From NCBI GenBank assembly GCA_001772005.1, contig MERI01000103.1:18232-82231 (forward strand): a stretch of DNA of 64,000 bases. Reading direction: 5' to 3'. This DNA is from Betaproteobacteria bacterium RIFCSPLOWO2_12_FULL_62_58 (lineage in GTDB: Bacteria > Pseudomonadota > Gammaproteobacteria > Burkholderiales > SG8-41). The stretch's first letter is position 1. The number at the start of each line of letters is the position of its first letter. The translations under genes and the position numbers were made by a program. Under the pieces are notes generated by a model that worked only from the letters and a program-made list of their open reading frames with translations, was not told the DNA's origin and searched no databases. This document shows, in pieces, positions 58,720 to 64,000 of this stretch.

Positions 58720-59895
58720 ATGGCTGAAAACTACAGACTTGAAACCCTGGCGGTGCGCGCCGGCATCGAGCGCAGCCAGTTCGGCGAGCATTCCGAGGCG
58801 CTGTATCTCACTTCGAGCTTCGTGTTCAAGTCGGCGGCGCAGGCCGCGGCGCGCTTCGCCAACCAGGAACCGGGCAACATTTATGCGCGCTTCACCAACC
58901 CGACGGTGACCGTGTTCGAGCAGCGGCTCGCCGCGCTCGAAGGCGCGGAGTGTTGCATTGCGACCTCATCTGGAATGGCCGCCATCCTGTCATGTGTGAT
59001 GGGGATGCTCAAGGCGGGCGATCATATCGTGTGTTCATCCGGCGTGTTCGGCGCCACCGTGCAGCTGCTGGGCAACATCATGAAGCGTTTCGGCGTCGAT
59101 ACGACATTCGTTTCGGGAACCGAGGTCGCCAAGTGGCAGGCGGCGGTAAAGCCGAGTACGCGGATGCTGTATCTCGAGACGCCGTCCAATCCGCTGACCG
59201 AGGTCTACGACATCGTGGCGCTCGCCGCGGTTGCGAAAAAGGCGGGCGTGCTGCTGGTGGTGGACAACTGTTTTTGCACGCCGGTGCTGCAGCGGCCGCT
59301 TGATCTTGGCGCCGATATCGTGATCCATTCGGCCACCAAGTATCTCGACGGGCAGGGCAGGGTGCTGGGCGGCGCGGTTCTCGGCCAAAAGAGCGTGATC
59401 TATGAGGGCGTATTCGGGTTTCTGCGCACCGCTGGTCCCACTTTGAGTCCGTTCAACGCCTGGGTGATTCTGAAAGGGCTGGAAACACTGCAGCTGCGCC
59501 TGGAGGCGCAATCGGCGCGCGCGCTGGAGCTTGCGCGCTGGCTCGAAGCTCAGCCGGGGATCGAGCGCGTCCACTATCCGGGGTTGCCGTCGCACCCGCA
59601 GTACGAACTCGCCCGACGGCAGCAGAAAGGCCCCGGGGCGATCGTGTCGTTCGACGTGAAAGGCGGCAAAGAGGCGGCGTGGCGCATCGTCGACAATACC
59701 CGGCTGATTTCGATTACGGCCAACCTTGGCGATACCAAGACCACGATCACCCATCCGGCATCGACCACCCACGGCCGCATCTCTCCTGAGGCGCGTGCTG
59801 CGGCGGGCATCGGCGACGGTTTACTTCGGATTGCCGTGGGTTTGGAGAATATCGAGGACATCAAAGCAGATCTGGCGCGGGGACTGGCGACGTGA
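58720..59895 (+). CDS. metZ: O-succinylhomoserine sulfhydrylase
   Basis: EHSEALYLTSSF, YARFTNPT, HSATKYLDGQGR, NLGDTKTTITHP; GAGGAG RBS before ATG 58720. Confidence 0.94.
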   Translation: MAENYRLETLAVRAGIERSQFGEHSEALYLTSSFVFKSAAQAAARFANQEPGNIYARFTNPTVTVFEQRLAALEGAECCIATSSGMAAILSCVMGMLKAGDHIVCSSGVFGATVQLLGNIMKRFGVDTTFVSGTEVAKWQAAVKPSTRMLYLETPSNPLTEVYDIVALAAVAKKAGVLLVVDNCFCTPVLQRPLDLGADIVIHSATKYLDGQGRVLGGAVLGQKSVIYEGVFGFLRTAGPTLSPFNAWVILKGLETLQLRLEAQSARALELARWLEAQPGIERVHYPGLPSHPQYELARRQQKGPGAIVSFDVKGGKEAAWRIVDNTRLISITANLGDTKTTITHPASTTHGRISPEARAAAGIGDGLLRIAVGLENIEDIKADLARGLAT

Positions 59896-59958
59896 GGCGG
59901 GAAATCGGGAGAGCGTGAGCGGGAAGCGGATTTCTGTTGTGAGTTTTGATCTTACGAC

Positions 59959-60333
59959 TCACGGCATTTCAAACCGGGAGGGAGCTCCCGCGGTGTAACT
60001 ATGCCAAAGGCCGACAAGGGACTGCAGGACCGCCCCGAAAGCGAAAATCAGCATCGGCCGCAACCGCACCAGAAAAGACTCGAAAGCATTGGAGCCCAGA
60101 CGCGCATTAATGGCCTGAGCAAGCTTCGGGTGGTAGAAGGGAGAATGCCGCATCCAAAACGACGCAACCCCGAAGACCAGCACGGGAAGCAGAATGATAG
60201 TGGCAATGGTCAGCGGAGGCATGTCCCCCGAAAACGGAGCCTCTGAAGCTGGCAAATGCATGGCGCCATAGATAGAGGTCCAAATTGCGAGGACCCAGAT
60301 CGCGGCGATGATAAAACCGGAGTCGGATGGCAT
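59959..60333 (-). CDS. Hypothetical membrane protein (probable gene cassette, possibly 3'-truncated)
   Basis: Three hydrophobic segments; ATG 8 bp after an attC core. Confidence 0.55.
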   Translation of the reverse strand: MPSDSGFIIAAIWVLAIWTSIYGAMHLPASEAPFSGDMPPLTIATIILLPVLVFGVASFWMRHSPFYHPKLAQAINARLGSNAFESFLVRLRPMLIFAFGAVLQSLVGLWHSYTAGAPSRFEMP

Positions 60334-60341
60334 ACCGACTG

Positions 60342-60401
60342 GCCTAGACGTGTCCGGTTAAGCGGCGCGCTTTTGCGCCCGTCTTGAACCGGGGGTTAGA
60401 C
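60342..60401 (-). mobile_element. attC site, R' variant GTCTAGGC
   Basis: Minus strand GTCTAAC-CCCCGGTTCAAG...CTTAACCGG-ACAC-GTCTAGGC. Confidence 0.75.
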
Positions 60402-60651
60402 CTTTCGCCACGACCTTGCGTAATTCTTCATTGATTCGCGTTTGGTAGCCACGGCCCTGGGACCTGAAAAAGGCGATTACGTCGGCATCAAGGCGAACAG
60501 TCGTCAGCACCTTGGTCGGTGCCTTCTGTGGGCCGCGGCCGCGCTTGAGAGCGGGAGGGCCCAGCATTTCCTCGGACCACGGCGGGTTGTCCGGGTCGAT
60601 GCGTTTATTTGAAGTAGTCTTTGGCAACTTTAAAGTAATAGCGCGCTTCAT
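60358..60651 (-). CDS. brnA: BrnA antitoxin family protein
   Basis: DPDNPPW, RGPQKAPTK..TVRLDADVIAFFR..G.GYQTRIN..LR. Confidence 0.92.
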   Translation of the reverse strand: MKRAITLKLPKTTSNKRIDPDNPPWSEEMLGPPALKRGRGPQKAPTKVLTTVRLDADVIAFFRSQGRGYQTRINEELRKVVAKGLTPGSRRAQKRAA

Positions 60652-60886
60652 GTTTTTCCGCCTTGCGTAAAGAGATGATGTGTGGACCTGCGCGGCGTTC
60701 GGTATGCACCATTACGACTGCGTCACCCTCCAATATCCCGAAGGTGACCAAGCGCTTTTCGCCGTAAGCGTGGCGAATGTCCTCGCGTGTGATCGTGAAG
60801 TTGTCCCAAATGGCCTCGCACCCGGCGAAATCGAGGCCGTGATCCTTGATGTTTCTCCGGCGCTTCGCTTCGTCCCAGGTGGCCAC
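60605..60886 (-). CDS. brnT: BrnT family RNase toxin
   Basis: WDEAKRRRNIKDHGLDF, YGEKR, VHTER..IISLRKA. Confidence 0.92.
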   Translation of the reverse strand: MATWDEAKRRRNIKDHGLDFAGCEAIWDNFTITREDIRHAYGEKRLVTFGILEGDAVVMVHTERRAGPHIISLRKAEKHEARYYFKVAKDYFK

Positions 60887-60938
60887 GAGTAAATTGTAAT
60901 AACAAAATGCTCGCTACGCAAGGACAATATTTCGAAAG

Positions 60939-61017
60939 GTCTAACCGTTCGGCATGAGGGGCAGGCGACAGGCGGCGAAGCCGCTTGTTGATCGTCCCCT
61001 CGATGCCGTTGTTAGAG
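60939..61017 (-). mobile_element. attC site (79 bp)
   Basis: Minus strand CTCTAAC-AACGGCATCGAGGGG...CCCCTC-ATGCCG-AACG-GTTAGAC with an extrahelical base. Confidence 0.88.
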
Positions 61018-61057
61018 CGCGCCGAGCCCCTTTGCTCGTTTGCGCGAACACGCTCAC

Positions 61058-62023
61058 TCACTTGACCTTGATGCCCGCAGTCTTGACCACCTTCTTCCAG
61101 CGCTCGTGGTCTTCTCGGACGTATTCCGCCAACGCCTCGGGAGTGGTCGGGGAAGTCTCCGCGCCTCGAGACGCGAGTTCCCGGACCGTTTTGGCGTCTT
61201 TCAGGATTCTCACCACCTCGCTATTGAGCTTATCGACGATTTCCTTCGGCGTCTTCGCGGGAGTGAACAAGCCGTACCAGATTACGTACTCGAACCCCGG
61301 AACGCCGGATTCTGCGACCGTCGGAATATCGGGCAGGTCTGGTGATCGTGCGGCGCTGCCCACGGCAATCGCTCTTAGCTTTCCGGATTTGACGCGCGGC
61401 ACCGCGCCCGGCGCGGCGGCGAATTGGGTCGAGGTGTTCCCGGTGACAAGAGCCGAAACCGCCGCCGCCGCGCCTTCGAACTGAACGGGCACCATATTGA
61501 CCCCCGTCGCTGTCTTGAGCCACTCCATCGCGAGATGGGGCCTGGAACCATAACCTTGCGAGCCGTAGTTGATCTGGCCGGGTGTCGCCTTCGCCAGCGC
61601 GACCAGCTCTTTCACTGATTTGACCGGCAGCGATGGATGCACCACGAGAAGCTGAGTGACGAAAACGAGCCTGCTGATGGGCGCGAAATCGCGGTTGGGG
61701 TCGTACGCAGGCTTTGCGTGCAACGCGGGATAGATGCTCATCGGCGCCAGTTGGCCTTGCAGGAGGCTGTAACCGTCAGGTGACGCCTTCGCAATAAGTT
61801 CGGCGCCGACAGCGCCTGCACCGCCTGGCCGAATCTCAATGACAACCGGCTGCTTCAATGCCTCCGTCAATTTCTTTGCGACGATGCCGCCGATCAATTC
61901 AGCTCCGCCGCCGGCTGGAAACGGCACAACCCAGCGGATCGGCTTGTTGGGGTAGGCCTGCGCGCTCGCGACCTGCGCCAGGATCACCATCAGTGATGCG
62001 CCTGCCCACGTAACAAGTTTCAT
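61058..62023 (-). CDS. Bug/TctC tripartite tricarboxylate transporter substrate-binding protein
   Basis: AYPNKPIRWVVPFPAGG, PDGYSLL, GKLRAIAV, PDIPTVAESG; AAGGAG RBS. Confidence 0.92.
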   Translation of the reverse strand: MKLVTWAGASLMVILAQVASAQAYPNKPIRWVVPFPAGGGAELIGGIVAKKLTEALKQPVVIEIRPGGAGAVGAELIAKASPDGYSLLQGQLAPMSIYPALHAKPAYDPNRDFAPISRLVFVTQLLVVHPSLPVKSVKELVALAKATPGQINYGSQGYGSRPHLAMEWLKTATGVNMVPVQFEGAAAAVSALVTGNTSTQFAAAPGAVPRVKSGKLRAIAVGSAARSPDLPDIPTVAESGVPGFEYVIWYGLFTPAKTPKEIVDKLNSEVVRILKDAKTVRELASRGAETSPTTPEALAEYVREDHERWKKVVKTAGIKVK

Positions 62024-62162
62024 GGTTGTCTCCTTGTGGATTGGTGGCGGTTGGTTGATGTAATCGATCAGCGGATTCGGTAACCCGTTCACGGCGGCTG
62101 GCGCGCGGATGCCGATGCTATGGATCGTACGTTTCCCGGCGCTATTGTCATTTCGCGCTCTA

Positions 62163-63007
62163 GACAGAATGGCTTCGTGCGAGTGGTAGGCGGTCTGCCT
62201 CCTTGGTAACGTGGATTGCGTGGCGAGCCACGCCGAGCCACATGTTGAGCACGCAGGCGTCAACCGAGTAAAGGAGGCGGACCATGAGTAAGTCTAGCAA
62301 GTTATTCGTCGGAATGGACGTGCACAAAGATTCCATCGATCTGGCCACGGGGGAAGAGCGAGGGGAGGTCCGCCACCACGGCGCCATCGGCGGGGATCTC
62401 GCCGCGCTGGGCCGGGCGGTGCGCAAACTCGAATCGCTGGGGAAGGCGCTCGTGTTCGTCTACGAGGCGGGCCCGTGCGGTTTCGTGATCTACCGCTTTT
62501 TGCGCGCGCGGGCACGAGTGCTGGGTGGTCGCGCCCTCGATGATCCCGCGCCAGAGTTCGGACCGGGTCAAGACCGACCGGCGCGACTGCCTGAAGCTTT
62601 GCCGGCTCGCGCGCGCGGGCGAACTCACCCCGATCTACGTGCCCGATGCGGCCGATGAGGCGATGCGGGATTTGGTGCGCACGCGCGAAGACGCCGTCAT
62701 CATGCAGCGCCAGGCGCGCCAACGGCTGGCAGCGCTTTTGCTTCGCAACGACGTGCGCTATGCGGGTAAGACGGCATGGACGGCGGCGCACCGGCGCTGG
62801 ATCGCACAGCTCAAACTGCCGGCGCAGCCGCAGCAAATCGCCTTCGAGGAGTATGTGCAAGCCGTCAACGAAGCTACCGCCAGAATCGAGCGGCTCGAGC
62901 AGGCGATTGCCACCGAACGTGGACACTGGCGCTGGCTGCCGGTGGCGCACGCGCTCGAAGCGTTTCGCGGTATCCAGGTGATTCACGCCACGCGCATCAT
63001 GGCCGAA
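62163..63007 (+). mobile_element. IS110-family element remnant: structured non-coding left end plus frameshifted, 3'-truncated DEDD transposase (CDS from 62284)
   Basis: FVGMDVHKDS, YEAGPCG, KTDRRD, RDLVRTRE; frameshift in the (GC)n run near 62502-62512; similarity stops at RIMAE (63007). Confidence 0.9.
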
Positions 63008-63072
63008 CGCCCACGCTCACCCTCAACTTGCCTGCTGCGAGCAAGTTGTAGGGGTGGAGCGCGTTGTTCGAC
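63002..63072 (-). mobile_element. attC site (71 bp)
   Basis: Minus strand GTCGAAC-AACGCGCTCCACCC...GGGTGAGCGTG-GGC-GTTCGGC; 3 bp after the cassette stop codon. Confidence 0.82.
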
Positions 63073-63075
63073 GCG

Positions 63076-63852
63076 TCATTTCATCCGTCTTTCCATCACG
63101 GCTTTCATGATCGGTTTGACCGTTGCCAGATCATCGTCACCCTTGATGGAATATTCCTTCCACTCGTCATCGGAATCAAAGGTGCCGATGAGATAGTGCT
63201 GCCGTCGTGGGTAGAGGTAAGCGAACACGCGACCGTTGACCTTCATCGAGATCGCATATTTGATCGGGTCGAGGGAGATGTTGCCAGGCTTCCAGTTCTT
63301 GATCTCGTCGAGCAGCGTTGTGACCTTCGCCCGGACTGCCGCATCTGTAATGTAGTTTAGATGATCGTCGAGGTGTGCCACCTCGACGATTTCCGGCGGC
63401 GCTACAGTTTGTTGTTCCGTGAAGATCGGAACGACGTCGGCCTCACCTTCGAACTTGAGGCAATTGAACGTGAACAAGGAGATGGGGAGGTCAAGCCACT
63501 TGCACCGGTTGACAAGTGTCTGTGAGAAACTGGGAGCAACAAGAAAGAGGCGAACCTGTTGGGTCGGATCAATGCCGTGCGCCTTGTAAAGTCGCGCATA
63601 GGATTCCACGTGCGTTGAGACATAGTCGTAGTAGTCGAGTCCTTGGAACAACATACCGTCGTCTTGTGTGACCTTGATCTCGGCTACGACGAGCGACTTG
63701 CCGCTGTCCACCATGAGGACATCCAGTCGCCCGCGAGCCGCCGGTTTCTGGTGGTCCACATAGACGAGACCGTCCTCAATCAATCCAGCATGTCGCCGGA
63801 CGAGGTCTTCAAGCTCCTGCTCAGACACATCGGCTTTAGTGTATCTCTTCAT
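63076..63852 (-). CDS. NucS/EndoMS-like PD-(D/E)XK nuclease domain fused to a DUF5655-like C-terminus (gene cassette)
   Basis: SEQELED..GRLDVLMVD..VVAEIK..QGLDY; flanked by attC sites. Confidence 0.72.
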   Translation of the reverse strand: MKRYTKADVSEQELEDLVRRHAGLIEDGLVYVDHQKPAARGRLDVLMVDSGKSLVVAEIKVTQDDGMLFQGLDYYDYVSTHVESYARLYKAHGIDPTQQVRLFLVAPSFSQTLVNRCKWLDLPISLFTFNCLKFEGEADVVPIFTEQQTVAPPEIVEVAHLDDHLNYITDAAVRAKVTTLLDEIKNWKPGNISLDPIKYAISMKVNGRVFAYLYPRRQHYLIGTFDSDDEWKEYSIKGDDDLATVKPIMKAVMERRMK

Positions 63853-63866
63853 CTCCTATCTCTTTG

Positions 63867-63947
63867 GTCGAACGTCCGCGATGACGCGCACGAGCGAGCA
63901 GGCGAAGGAGCGCTCGCCAAGTGTCGCTGTCGATCGCGCGGTTATGC
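63867..63947 (-). mobile_element. attC site (81 bp)
   Basis: Minus strand GCATAAC-CGCGCGATCGAC...GTC-ATCGCG-GAC-GTTCGAC; R' is complementary to R'' at 63066-63072. Confidence 0.85.
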
Positions 63948-64000
63948 ACCCGCTCGGTGAAACTCAGCAACCGATACTGGCTTCCGCACGGCTATCGATT

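Noticed and set aside
62500-62515. Programmed frameshift in the IS110 transposase
   Set aside because: No slippery heptamer; the shift lies in a (GC)n run and the gene is also truncated, so decay or a sequencing error is more likely.

Overview
GC-rich betaproteobacterial-like chromosomal window. The core backbone runs: end of an Ehr (hydrogenase-related) operon, metG/apbC/dcd, a fold-III decarboxylase, folA-thyA, an M17 aminopeptidase, aroC, then leuC-ecn-leuD-leuB-asd-fimV(x2)-truA-trpFBA-accD-folC-dedD-cvpA-purF-metZ, with a SAM-II-like riboswitch before metZ. Four accessory blocks interrupt it. (1) At 3.4-6.4 kb, a decayed integron-like cassette row carries T5orf172, PIN-like and HEPN proteins. 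(2) At 18.1-30.4 kb, a peptide ABC transporter/hydrolase island is bracketed at both ends by an unnamed ~30-bp semi-palindromic motif repeated with a 46-47 bp period, and is followed by a structured MITE. (3) At 32.3-40.5 kb, a type III-like R-M locus has a DUF6978/DUF1828-like pair between mod and res and palindromic elements inserted in frame in mod. (4) At 59.9-64 kb, a minus-strand attC cassette array (BrnT/BrnA, Bug receptor, NucS-like nuclease) contains an IS110 remnant that abuts one attC core and is truncated by another. Throughout the core genes, inverted arrays of 7-8 bp tandem repeats of different sequence but shared architecture sit at gene junctions and sometimes inside proteins. 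A 21-codon Cys-Cys-Cys leader ORF precedes the decarboxylase. No rRNA, tRNA, CRISPR array or integron integrase was recognised. All family calls come from reading motifs by eye, not from database searches.
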